Positions 21,222 through 31,000 of a stretch of 64,000 nucleotides of DNA are shown here, piece after piece. Position 1 is the stretch's first letter; the number at the start of each line of letters is the position of its first letter. The notes beneath the pieces are model-generated. The model was not told the DNA's origin and searched no databases. It worked only from the letters and a program-made list of their open reading frames with translations. Made by a program: the position numbers and the translations under genes. This DNA comes from Clostridiales bacterium (GTDB taxonomy: Bacteria; Bacillota; Clostridia; Peptostreptococcales; Anaerovoracaceae), in the NCBI GenBank assembly GCA_012513435.1, contig JAAZCE010000040.1:32570-96569 (forward strand), given 5' to 3'.

Positions 21222-22331
21222 CTATTTTAGGTTTTGAGGGTTAAGGCATTCCAGCTCAGGTAATACGAAAATACCGTCTTTTCTGACGAGGACATCGTCA
21301 AAGTATATTTCGCCACCGCCATATTCAGCTCTCTGTATCATAACAAGGTCCCAGTGAATAGCAGACTTGTTGCCGTTAGGTGCATCCTCATATGCCATAC
21401 CAGGTGTAAGATGGAAGCTGCCTGCTATCTTTTCATCAAAGAGGGTATCCCTCATAGGGTGGAGGATATACGGGTTTACGCCCAGAGCGAATTCTCCGAA
21501 GTACCTGGAGCTGTCGTCCGTATCTAGAAGCTCATTGATGCGCGCTTCATTGTTGGCAGAAGCCTTTATTATCTTGCCATCCTTAACCTTAAACACGATG
21601 TTTTCGTAAGTGAAACCCTGTTCTTCAGAAGGAGTGTTGTAGGATATAGTGCCGTTCATGGACTCTCTGACAGGAGCAGTGTATACTTCACCGTCAGGAA
21701 TGTTTCTCAGGCCGTCGCATTTTATTGCAGGGATGCCATTGATGGAAAACTTCAGGTCTGTTCCCGGTCCCTTGATATGAACTTTGTCGGTCTTGTTCAT
21801 AAGCTCTACGAGAGAATCCATAGCTTTGCTCATTTTCTTGTAATCCAGAGTGCAGACATCAAAGTAAAAGTCCTGGAACTTTTCAAGGCTGCTGTTTGCA
21901 AGTTGTGCCATTGAATTATTAGGGTATCTCAGCACGACCCACTTTGTTTTGTTTACGCGATAGTCCAAGGTAGGGCGTGTAAGTTTGCTGTACATATTGA
22001 GTTTTTCCGAAGGAACGTCGGACAGCTCTGATGTGTTGCCTCCCGCACGGATAGCGATGTAAGCTTGCATACCCTTCATTTGAGCCAGCTGATATTCATT
22101 CATGAATTCAATCTGCTCTTCCCTGCATTCCATCATTATCTCTCTCGTTATTGCGGAATCTCTTATTTCAGCATAAGGCATACCGCCTCGCATATATACA
22201 TTTTTTATAAGCTGGCGCACCAGATCTTTGCAGCAATCACCTTCGTAGCTGATAAGAACCTTATCTTCTTTTTGAACGTCACATGAGTAATTTACAAGTA
22301 AATCTGCCAGCTTGTTAATTCTTAAGTCCAT
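21222..22331 (-). CDS. M29 family aminopeptidase (AmpS/PepS-like)
   Basis: NIPDGEVYTAP, GEFALG, LFDEKIAGSFH, SAIHWD. Confidence 0.93.
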   Translation of the reverse strand: MDLRINKLADLLVNYSCDVQKEDKVLISYEGDCCKDLVRQLIKNVYMRGGMPYAEIRDSAITREIMMECREEQIEFMNEYQLAQMKGMQAYIAIRAGGNTSELSDVPSEKLNMYSKLTRPTLDYRVNKTKWVVLRYPNNSMAQLANSSLEKFQDFYFDVCTLDYKKMSKAMDSLVELMNKTDKVHIKGPGTDLKFSINGIPAIKCDGLRNIPDGEVYTAPVRESMNGTISYNTPSEEQGFTYENIVFKVKDGKIIKASANNEARINELLDTDDSSRYFGEFALGVNPYILHPMRDTLFDEKIAGSFHLTPGMAYEDAPNGNKSAIHWDLVMIQRAEYGGGEIYFDDVLVRKDGIFVLPELECLNPQNLK

Positions 22332-22425
22332 TTTTTTCTCCTTTTATCCATATTAAGTAAATTTTCTATAGATTATTATACCCCATCTATGGTATTTTTA
22401 AAAGAGCGTAAAAACGGAGGAAGAA

Positions 22426-23373
22426 ATGAAATATGTTTTTGTAATGAACCCAACAGCAGGAAAGAGGAAGTATAGAGAAGAGATCTTAAAAAGCATAAGG
22501 GCTGCAGCAGAAGAAAGAAGTATTGAGTACCAGATGTATTTTACCAAGGCTCAGGAGGATGGGGCTATATATGTAAGAGAACTCTGCCAAAGATGCGCCC
22601 GGAAGGGCGAAAAGCTGAGAATTTACGCCTGCGGCGGAGACGGGACTATAAATGAGGTGATCAATGGTGCCTTTGGCTTCGAGAACGTAGAAGTAGGGGC
22701 CGTGCCTATGGGAACGGGCAACGATTACATAAGAAACTACGGCGACACAGATGATTTTCTCAATATGAGAGGACAGTTCTCAGGAATATCAAAGACCAGC
22801 GACTTAATAAAGTACAGGGCAGAGCATGAAGGGATCATAAGAGAAGGCTACTGCGCCAATATGTTCAATATAGGCTTTGACTGCAATGTAGTGGACCTGA
22901 CGGCCAAGATAAAAAACTTACCGCTTATAAGCGGCTCTCTCGCTTATTTGATTTCTGTGTTTTTAATACTGATTCGCAAGAAGGGCTGCGACTTAAAGAT
23001 AGAATTTGAGGATGGAAGGGTGACAGACGGGAAGCTGCTTCTTATAGCCATTGCTAACGGGTGTTACTGCGGTGGCGGAGTCAAGGGAGTGCCTTACTGT
23101 GACCTCAATGATGGTCTTATGGATGTAAGCGTAGTAAACAATGTCAGCAGAACAAAGTTTATTACCATATTCCCAAGCTATTCAAAGGGCACCCATTTGG
23201 AAAAGGTTGCAGTGAAAGATAAGATAGTGCATTATACAAAAGAAAAAGCCCTTACCATTACGGCTAATGGCAAGAGCCTGAGACTTTGCACCGACGGTGA
23301 GATAACCACTCAGAAAAGGGTGGAGTTTTTCGTGGTGAAAGACGGATTCAAATTTATTGTTCCGGCAAAGTGA
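22426..23373 (+). CDS. Diacylglycerol/lipid kinase family (YegS/Rv2252/BmrU)
   Basis: NPTAG, GGDGTINEV, PMGTGND, NGCYCGGG, DGE. Confidence 0.92.
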   Translation: MKYVFVMNPTAGKRKYREEILKSIRAAAEERSIEYQMYFTKAQEDGAIYVRELCQRCARKGEKLRIYACGGDGTINEVINGAFGFENVEVGAVPMGTGNDYIRNYGDTDDFLNMRGQFSGISKTSDLIKYRAEHEGIIREGYCANMFNIGFDCNVVDLTAKIKNLPLISGSLAYLISVFLILIRKKGCDLKIEFEDGRVTDGKLLLIAIANGCYCGGGVKGVPYCDLNDGLMDVSVVNNVSRTKFITIFPSYSKGTHLEKVAVKDKIVHYTKEKALTITANGKSLRLCTDGEITTQKRVEFFVVKDGFKFIVPAK

Positions 23374-24175
23374 CGGTATTTATTCCCGAAAGAGTAATAG
23401 GCCCTTGTAGAAGAATTCCTTCTATTTGACCTTCTTTTTTTGTAACCATAGTTTCCAGAACGCCTCCCGGTTGTTGCATGGTGTATTGCAGGGCATTTTC
23501 ATGGCTTTTCACGGCAAGTGCAAAGGAGGCGGCTACGGTGCCCGACGCACAGCTTCCCTCAAAGTATGTGGTGTCTACGTCTTTAACATAAACAACAGGT
23601 GTCATAAGTCCATTTACCGTGTCACAGAACATGACTCCGAAGGCGGGCAGGTCAGGGGCGACGGTTTCGTATATGAAATGTCTTAGCCCGTCGAAGGTGT
23701 CTTCCATAGCGGGAACATCTTCCAGTATCAAATGTGATATTCCATCAATGTTCACAAGTGTGCCACCTTTGTTGAGAGGCAACTCTTTTTCTGTAAAGTA
23801 TTTAAAAGAATCGGGAACCGGCATTGACATGGTCACATTCCCCGATTGTCTGTCGATAAGGGCATGGAGAGGGCGAGAACATCCGCTTACCTTCACATCT
23901 ATTTCGTCTAATGGAGGCTCTGAATAGAGAGCCTTATATAGGGCAAATGACCTTGAGGCATTGCCGCAAAATTCAAGACCGCACATTTCCATTGCGGGAA
24001 GCCTGCTTTCCTCAGTGTCTGCAAGCACGTAAGCAACCTGTTCTCCCTCCAGCTCCTTGAGGCTCAGAAGCTTTTGAGCTATATCTGCGTAGTCATTTCT
24101 GTCTGTGGGCGTGAGAACCAGTATAGTCTTGTTTCCAGACGGGTCAGCAACGATAACATCAACTGTCTTATTCAT
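23354..24175 (-). CDS. PLP-independent amino-acid racemase/epimerase, DapF fold, CntK (histidine racemase)-like
   Basis: PSGNKTILV, EQV, EFCGNA, VKVSGC, EGSCASGT, QPGG; two catalytic Cys; ATG 2 nt after the mntP stop. Confidence 0.75.
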   Translation of the reverse strand: MNKTVDVIVADPSGNKTILVLTPTDRNDYADIAQKLLSLKELEGEQVAYVLADTEESRLPAMEMCGLEFCGNASRSFALYKALYSEPPLDEIDVKVSGCSRPLHALIDRQSGNVTMSMPVPDSFKYFTEKELPLNKGGTLVNIDGISHLILEDVPAMEDTFDGLRHFIYETVAPDLPAFGVMFCDTVNGLMTPVVYVKDVDTTYFEGSCASGTVAASFALAVKSHENALQYTMQQPGGVLETMVTKKEGQIEGILLQGPITLSGINTVTLPEQ

Positions 24176-24177
24176 AG

Positions 24178-24768
24178 TTACCCCCAAATTCCAAAATGTT
24201 CAAGCAATATTTTCACACCGATAAGCAGGAGTATCATTCCCCCTGCAAATTCAGCCTTTGATTTGTATCTTACACCGAAAATGTTTCCTATTTTCACACC
24301 GGAGCAGGAGATAATAAAAGTGGTGACACCTATCAGCAAGACTCCTACAATGGTATTGGCCAGGCCGCCAGCCGCAATAATATCTACGGGAACACAGGCG
24401 AAGGTTATTCCTACTGCCAAAGCATCTATGCTGGTTGCTACGGCCATGACGAACATGGTTTTAATGTCCAGTTCTGCCGAAGCCTCATCTCCACTTTTGG
24501 AAAGGGATTCCCTGATCATGTTGAGGCCTATAAAGGCAAGGAGTACGAAAGCTACCCAAGGGGCAACGGAATCTATGTATTTTTCAAATCTGGCTCCCAG
24601 TATGTAGCCAATTAGAGGCATCAGAGCCTGAAATCCGCCGAACCATATTCCACATATGGCTGCACTCCCAAAACTTATTTTATTCATTGCCAAACCCTTG
24701 CAGACTGAAACTGCAAAGGCATCCATGGACAGTCCTACAGCCAGAAGGATGAGTTCAATCAAGCCCAA
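24178..24768 (-). CDS. mntP: Manganese efflux pump MntP family
   Basis: [12 protein letters not shown] and [12 protein letters not shown] repeats; AGGAGG then TTG at 24768. Confidence 0.9.
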   Translation of the reverse strand: MGLIELILLAVGLSMDAFAVSVCKGLAMNKISFGSAAICGIWFGGFQALMPLIGYILGARFEKYIDSVAPWVAFVLLAFIGLNMIRESLSKSGDEASAELDIKTMFVMAVATSIDALAVGITFACVPVDIIAAGGLANTIVGVLLIGVTTFIISCSGVKIGNIFGVRYKSKAEFAGGMILLLIGVKILLEHFGIWG

Positions 24769-24785
24769 ATTTAATGTCCTCCTAT

Positions 24786-24892
24786 AAAAAAGCAGACACC
24801 CACGGTATCCGCCGCTACTTTGCAACAAGAAAATTTTAGCATGAATAGATACATGTGTCAAGAAATCCAGTTAGCCTTGACTAGACCTAAGC
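24786..24892 (-). promoter_or_regulatory. Structured 5' leader with intrinsic terminator (attenuator) upstream of mntP
   Basis: Minus strand GCGGATACC-GTG-GGTGTCTGC-TTTTTT immediately before the RBS; upstream stems GTCAAG/CTTGAC and CATG/CATG. Confidence 0.6.
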
Positions 24893-25084
24893 ACAGTAAA
24901 AAATAAGGTAACATTACATTGATATACTGTACATTTTTGTGTTATAAAAAGTACATATATGGTAAAATAAATGATGATGTAATGAATTAGCGTTTGAGGG
25001 TGGACCAGGCCAAACTCTACCAAGCGTTGATTGTGTCTTCTGTTAAAATGCGGTATCCTTTTGTAGGCCAGAGGAGGAAATGTT

Positions 25085-25669
25085 ATGGATGCTAAAAAGA
25101 TAGGCTCTCTCATATGTGAACTGAGGACTGAAAAGAAATTTACCCAAAAGGAACTGGCTTCAATGCTCAATGTCAGCGATAAGGCTGTATCAAAGTGGGA
25201 GAGAGGCGGGGGATATCCCGATTTATCAATGTTTCCTAAGCTGTCACAGATTTTTAATGTGGATATGGAAAAGCTTGTTTCGGGCGAGATAAGCGGTAAC
25301 GACAGTGTGGGAGGGAATATGAAGAACATCGACGTCTATGTATGTGAAGAATGTGGCAACACTATAATGTCAACAGGCGAGACAAGTGTTACTTGCTGCA
25401 GCAAGAAATTATCTCCGTTAAAGAGAATAAAAGCAGAGGATAAGGATAAGCTGAATGTAGAACTTATAGAAAACGAGTATTTCGTGTCTGGAAGCCATGA
25501 AATGACAAAGGAGCATTACATTACCTTTGTAGCACTGGTGACGGGAGATACGATACTCATGAAGAAACAGTATCCCGAATGGGACTTGCAGGTCAGGCTT
25601 CCGCGCATAGCTCACGGGACGCTCATTTGGCACTGCAGTAATCATGGTTTGTTTTATCAGTTTATGTAA
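25085..25669 (+). CDS. XRE-family HTH regulator fused to a desulfoferrodoxin-like domain
   Basis: TQKELA..VSDKAVSKWERG..PD HTH; CEECGN..CC; HEMTKEHYI; CSNHG. Confidence 0.85.
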   Translation: MDAKKIGSLICELRTEKKFTQKELASMLNVSDKAVSKWERGGGYPDLSMFPKLSQIFNVDMEKLVSGEISGNDSVGGNMKNIDVYVCEECGNTIMSTGETSVTCCSKKLSPLKRIKAEDKDKLNVELIENEYFVSGSHEMTKEHYITFVALVTGDTILMKKQYPEWDLQVRLPRIAHGTLIWHCSNHGLFYQFM

Positions 25670-25703
25670 AAAGACTAACTGTCGATAAGGTAAGGAGGAA
25701 AAA

Positions 25704-25904
25704 ATGGCTGTAAGATTAAATGAAAACCAGGAAGTGGTTGAGGTTATCAGAAAAGGATTAAAGGAAAAGAATGGATACTGCCCTTGCAGACGTGAGATAA
25801 AGGAAGAAAACAAGTGCATGTGCAGAGAGTTTAAGGATCAGATAGAGGACCCTGATTTTGAAGGCTATTGCCATTGTATGCTTTACTACAAATCAAAGGA
25901 TTGA
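25704..25904 (+). CDS. Ferredoxin-thioredoxin reductase catalytic (beta) chain-like protein
   Basis: CPC..CMC..CHC motif spacing; AAGGAGG RBS. Confidence 0.85.
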   Translation: MAVRLNENQEVVEVIRKGLKEKNGYCPCRREIKEENKCMCREFKDQIEDPDFEGYCHCMLYYKSKD

Positions 25905-25974
25905 CTTATATAATCTGTAGTGATATCATATATGGGTTAACTATTTTTATTGCCTAATTTTTTAGGCAATTTTT
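25901..25974 (+). promoter_or_regulatory. Sigma-A-like promoter followed by a palindrome upstream of the MATE gene
   Basis: TTGACT-17-TATCAT with TG extension; ATTGCCTAA-TTTT-TTAGGCAAT then TTTT at 25949-25974. Confidence 0.55.
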
Positions 25975-25994
25975 ATTGATAAAGAGGGAAATTT

Positions 25995-27389
25995 ATGGAT
26001 AAGGATAAAACAAATGGCCGGATGAACAGAATGGGAGAAATGCCTATAGGAAGGCTGATAATTACCATGTCATGGCCGGCAGTGCTGTCTATGTTTATTC
26101 AGGCGTTTTACAACGTAGTGGACAGCTTCTTCGTGTCGCGTATAAGCGAACAGGCTCTTGCCGCGGTAACATATATTTTTCCCGTGCAGATGTTGATAAT
26201 TTCCGTTGCGGTAGGAACGGGAGTCGGTATAAACTCGCTTATTTCAAGAAGGCTGGGAGCCCAGCGTTTTGAAGAGGCTGACATGGCCGCTAGCCATGGG
26301 TATAGGCTGTCATTCTTTAACTGGATACTATTTGCCTTGATAGGGTTATTTTTATCTCATCCTATGATGGCATTTTTATCACCCACACCATACATAGTAG
26401 ACAGCGGTGCAAGCTATATGGCTATAATAACAATAGGGTCATTGTTTATTATGGTACAGGTGTCTGCGGAGAAGATACTTCAGGCTACGGGGAACATGCT
26501 GCTGCCTATGGCCTGCAGCATAATAGGCGCTGTGACAAATATTATCTTTGATCCGCTGCTCATATTCGGGATAGGACCTTTCCCAGAGATGGGAGTGACA
26601 GGTGCTGCAGTGGCAACTGTTTTCGGTCAGTTCCTTTCAATGTGCCTTGGACAGATATTGCTTTTCAAGGGAAAGCATCCTGTTAGGGTCAAGCTCTTTG
26701 GGTGGAAATTTCAGGGTAGGATAATCAGAGATATATACGCCGTGGGGGCTCCTGCCATTTTGATGCAGTCTATCGCTTCTGTAATGCAGTTTGGCATGAA
26801 CATAATCCTAGGCGGACTGTCAGAGACAGCTGTTGCCGTGTTAGGTGTGTACGGGAGGCTCCAATCCTTCATATTCATGCCTGTGTTTGGATTGAATCAG
26901 GGAGTACTTCCTATTATGGGATATAACTATGGGGCCCGCAATAGGAAGAGGCTTATGGAAACATTCAAGAAGGGCTTGACCATAGCATTCATTATAATGG
27001 CTATGGGGCTTGTCATATTCCAGCTTTTTCCCGAAGAACTTCTTGGGCTGTTCAACTCTAAAGGAAGTCAGGATATGTACAATATAGGCATACCTGCGCT
27101 GAAGATAATAAGCCTGTGCTTTTTGCCGGCCTCCTTTGGCATTATGGCATCGTCCATATTCCAGGCTATGGGACATGGGTTTTACAGTTTGTGGGGCGCA
27201 CTTCTCAGACAGCTTGTGGGGATACTGCCTCTTGCTTGGATATTCGCCAGGATATCGGGAGTAAGCCTTGTATGGTATTCATTCCCGCTGGCAGAAATAA
27301 TAGGAACGATCTATTTCGCAGTAGCGTTAAAGCACATCTACAAAATAGAAATAAGAAGACTAGATATTATGGAAGAAAACACTTACTAA
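25995..27389 (+). CDS. MATE family efflux transporter
   Basis: YNVVDSFFVS, NIIFDPLLIFG..MGVTGAAVAT, GYNYGA; about 12 TM. Confidence 0.95.
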   Translation: MDKDKTNGRMNRMGEMPIGRLIITMSWPAVLSMFIQAFYNVVDSFFVSRISEQALAAVTYIFPVQMLIISVAVGTGVGINSLISRRLGAQRFEEADMAASHGYRLSFFNWILFALIGLFLSHPMMAFLSPTPYIVDSGASYMAIITIGSLFIMVQVSAEKILQATGNMLLPMACSIIGAVTNIIFDPLLIFGIGPFPEMGVTGAAVATVFGQFLSMCLGQILLFKGKHPVRVKLFGWKFQGRIIRDIYAVGAPAILMQSIASVMQFGMNIILGGLSETAVAVLGVYGRLQSFIFMPVFGLNQGVLPIMGYNYGARNRKRLMETFKKGLTIAFIIMAMGLVIFQLFPEELLGLFNSKGSQDMYNIGIPALKIISLCFLPASFGIMASSIFQAMGHGFYSLWGALLRQLVGILPLAWIFARISGVSLVWYSFPLAEIIGTIYFAVALKHIYKIEIRRLDIMEENTY

Positions 27390-27946
27390 GGCATGAGGAT
27401 ATCTATTTCTTCGCCGTCTTCAAGGCGGTATGTAGAATCCATCTTGATCAGGTCATATATCAGAGGTTCGCGTATAAGGTGTTTCCAGACGGTATAGGTA
27501 GCCTTGACGAAATCATTATTTAACTTCATTCTTCGAGAAACCAAGGGACAGCTATAAGGCAGCGGTCCCTTTTGGTATATCAAAACAAGGGCTCCCTTTT
27601 CGTCTATGTGGGGAGCTAAGGGGAATGTTCTGCACTGGATTGGTCTTCTGTTTCGTGGACAGAGGGCCTTTGCCTTGCAGTCGAGAAAAAACACTTTGCC
27701 GTGCCAGCTGTCGGGAAATTCATATTCCTCGGCGTCTAGGCTGTTCCAGCCAAGCCAGGATTCCTTGCGTGTAAAAAGTTTTTCTTCTCCCGGCAAAAGA
27801 TATATGCCCATAGAGTCTTTTTCTTCCGAAGTACAGGTGCAGCAAGCTGCACCACAAAGGGAGCCACAATCAAAATGTACGGGTGAGACCATGTCCAGCA
27901 ACCTATATATTGCGTTAAATGTATGTTTTGTGATTGAACTTTTCAT
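27386..27946 (-). CDS. Cys-cluster protein (YkgJ/CxxCxxCC-like)
   Basis: DCGSLCGAACC, CPRNRRPIQCRTFP, CPL; ATG 6 nt after TATAAT, no SD. Confidence 0.7.
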   Translation of the reverse strand: MKSSITKHTFNAIYRLLDMVSPVHFDCGSLCGAACCTCTSEEKDSMGIYLLPGEEKLFTRKESWLGWNSLDAEEYEFPDSWHGKVFFLDCKAKALCPRNRRPIQCRTFPLAPHIDEKGALVLIYQKGPLPYSCPLVSRRMKLNNDFVKATYTVWKHLIREPLIYDLIKMDSTYRLEDGEEIDILMP

Positions 27947-28018
27947 GAACTTATTATACAATATAGAATAACCATATGGAAGAAAATCTTTACATATATA
28001 TAAGGAGAATTGTGATTT

Positions 28019-31000
28019 ATGAGGTTAGGAATAGACGTGGGTTCAACAACAGTTAAATTGATTTTGTTGGATACGGATAATAAAATACTTTATAGCAAGT
28101 ATGAGCGACATATGTCCAATGTTTTTGAAACAGTGGTCGATTTGCTTGAAAAAATGTATGAAGAAGTAGGGGATGTAAAGCTGAAGACGGTAATAACCGG
28201 TTCGGGCGGACTGTCTCTTTCCAATATACTAAAAATACCCTTTGAGCAGGAAGTTGTCACATGCAGTGCTGCGGTTGAGGCTCTTATTCCTCAAACAGAT
28301 GTAGCCATAGAACTTGGTGGTGAAGATGCCAAGATTACCTTCTACGGACAGACAGTCGAGCAGAGGATGAACGGAACTTGTGCCGGAGGTACCGGAGCTT
28401 TTATTGACCAGATGGCTGTGCTGTTAAATACAGATGCAGACGGACTCAATGAGGCTGCAAAGAAGCATACCATGATGTATCCTATAGCTGCAAGGTGTGG
28501 AGTTTTTGCCAAGACGGATATACAGCCTTTGATTAATGAAGGAGCCCCGATAGAGGATCTTGCAGCATCCATATTTCAGGCTGTGGTTAATCAGACCATA
28601 AGCGGTTTGGCGTGCGGAAGGACAATTAAAGGGAAAGTGGCGTTTCTTGGAGGACCGCTATCTTTTTTGTCCGAGCTTCGCAAGAGATTCATACAGACTC
28701 TTGAGCTGGCAGATGAGGATATTGTTTTTCCGGGAGATTCCAAGCTGTTCGTTGCAATAGGCGCGGCTATCAATGCGGAAAAATACGACAAGATAGAGTT
28801 TAGGGAAATCATCGAAAGAATACAGAATACAGACCCTGCCGCACTGTCGGACACTAAACACATAGACCCGCTGTTCAAGGACTTAAACGATTATAAGAAA
28901 TTCATAGAAAGACACTCAAGGCATCAGATAAAAAAAAGGGATATAAAAAAAGCAAGAGGTAAGGTGTTCCTTGGAATAGATGCAGGCTCAACAACAACTA
29001 AGGCGGCTCTCATAGACGAGGAGAAGAACCTGCTCTATTCATATTACAGAAGCAACGAGGGAAAACCTTTGGAAGCCACAATCAGAATGTTCAAGGAGCT
29101 TTATTCATTACTGCCTCCGAAAGCATACATTGCCAATGTTACGGCAACAGGCTACGGAGAAGGACTTATTAAATCAGCCTTTAAAGCTGATTTGGGTGAA
29201 ATAGAGACTATGGCTCACTACAAGGCCGCTGAAGAATTTTTACCAGGAGTTGACTTTATTCTTGATATCGGTGGTCAGGATATGAAGTGTATGAGGATAA
29301 AGGATGGGGCAATATACAACATTATGCTCAACGAAGCCTGCTCATCAGGCTGTGGCTCCTTTATCGAAACCTATGCCAAATCCGTGAACATGGACGTTAA
29401 ATCCTTTGCGACTGAGGCTCTTTTTGCCAAGGCTCCGGTGGATTTGGGAACTCGCTGTACAGTATTCATGAACTCTAAGGTAAAGCAGGCTCAGAAGGAA
29501 GGTGCAAGCATCGGTGATATTTCGGCAGGGCTCTCCTATTCTGTAATCAAAAATGCTCTTTACAAGGTAATCAAGCTGAGGAATCCCGATGAAGCAGGCA
29601 AGAAGATAGTAGTCCAAGGAGGAACCTTCCTAAACGATGCTGTTCTTAGAGCTATAGAAAACATAATGGGCAAGGAAATAGTAAGACCTGACATAGCAGG
29701 GCTTATGGGGGCATACGGAGCTGCCCTTATAGCTCAGAAGCACTATGTTCAAGATACGGTATCCTCTGTGATTACAGAGAAAGAACTGACGGAATTCAAT
29801 GTGAAGACAAGTCATATCAGATGCAATAAATGCGAAAACAACTGTTTGATAACCGTCAATCGGTTTAACGACGGAAGCAAGTTTTTTACGGGGAACAGGT
29901 GTGAAAGAGGAGAGGGAAAGCCCCTCGGTTCAAGCAGCAAGTTGCCAAACCTCTTCGAATATAAGTTGGAAAGACTGTTCCGATACACCCCTTTAACTAT
30001 AGAAGAATCGAAGCGCGGCGTAGTAGGCATACCTAGGGTTCTCAATATGTATGAGAACTATCCTTTCTGGTTCGTGCTGTTCACAAGACTTGGGTTCAGC
30101 GTACTGCTTTCACCGCCTTCCAACAAGGATATGTATGAGAAAGGGATGGAGACTATTTCCTCCGATACGGCATGTTATCCTGCCAAATTAGTCCACGGAC
30201 ACATTAAATGGTTGGTTGACAACGGCGCTAGCTGGATATTTTACCCAAGCATCAACTACGAGAGAGTGGAGGATGAAACGGCGCCTAACCATTACAATTG
30301 TCCTATAGTAGCAACATATCCTGAGGTTATCGCAGGGAATATGGATGACATATTCGAGGAAAACGGAGTTACTTTTTCCCATCCTTTTCTTCCTTACGAT
30401 AAGGACGAAAAACTGTCAAGAGAGCTGTTTAAGGTCTTAAGGCGAACAGGCGTGGGAAGGCTGGAGCTTGAGGACGCTATTAAAATGGCAAGAGCCGAAG
30501 ACAAGCGTGTCAGGGACGATACGAAGAAGAGAGGGGAGTATTCCCTGAAATATGCGAGAGATCACAAGAAGAAGGCGGTTATCCTTGCTGGAAGACCATA
30601 TCATCTGGACCCTGAGGTAAATCACGGTATAGACAAGATAATAAGCTCTTTTGATATGATAGTTCTTACGGAGGATTCCATCGCACACCTTGGGAAGCTC
30701 AATAGACCTATAAGAGTTCTGGACCAGTGGATGTATCACTCAAGACTCTATAAGGCGGCTACTTTCGCGGGCACCACTGATGACGTGGAAATAGTGCAGC
30801 TTAATTCATTCGGCTGTGGTTTGGACGCGGTTACCACTGATCAGGTAGAGGAAATAACCAAGAAGAATAACAAGCTCTATACGACCCTTAAAATAGATGA
30901 AGGTTCCAACATGGGCGCGGCCAGAATAAGGATACGCTCTCTGAAGGCAGCTATGGATGAAAGAGCCAAAAATGATGTAAAGCACATAGAGGATAAATCC

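Noticed and set aside
23354-24175. Canonical dapF
   Set aside because: Lacks the typical DapF N-terminal GxGNDF and GNPH motifs; pattern is closer to CntK-type racemases
24786-24900. Canonical yybP-ykoY Mn riboswitch
   Set aside because: GGGGAGUAG followed by AGACC is not found in order on the mntP strand; kept only as an unassigned attenuator
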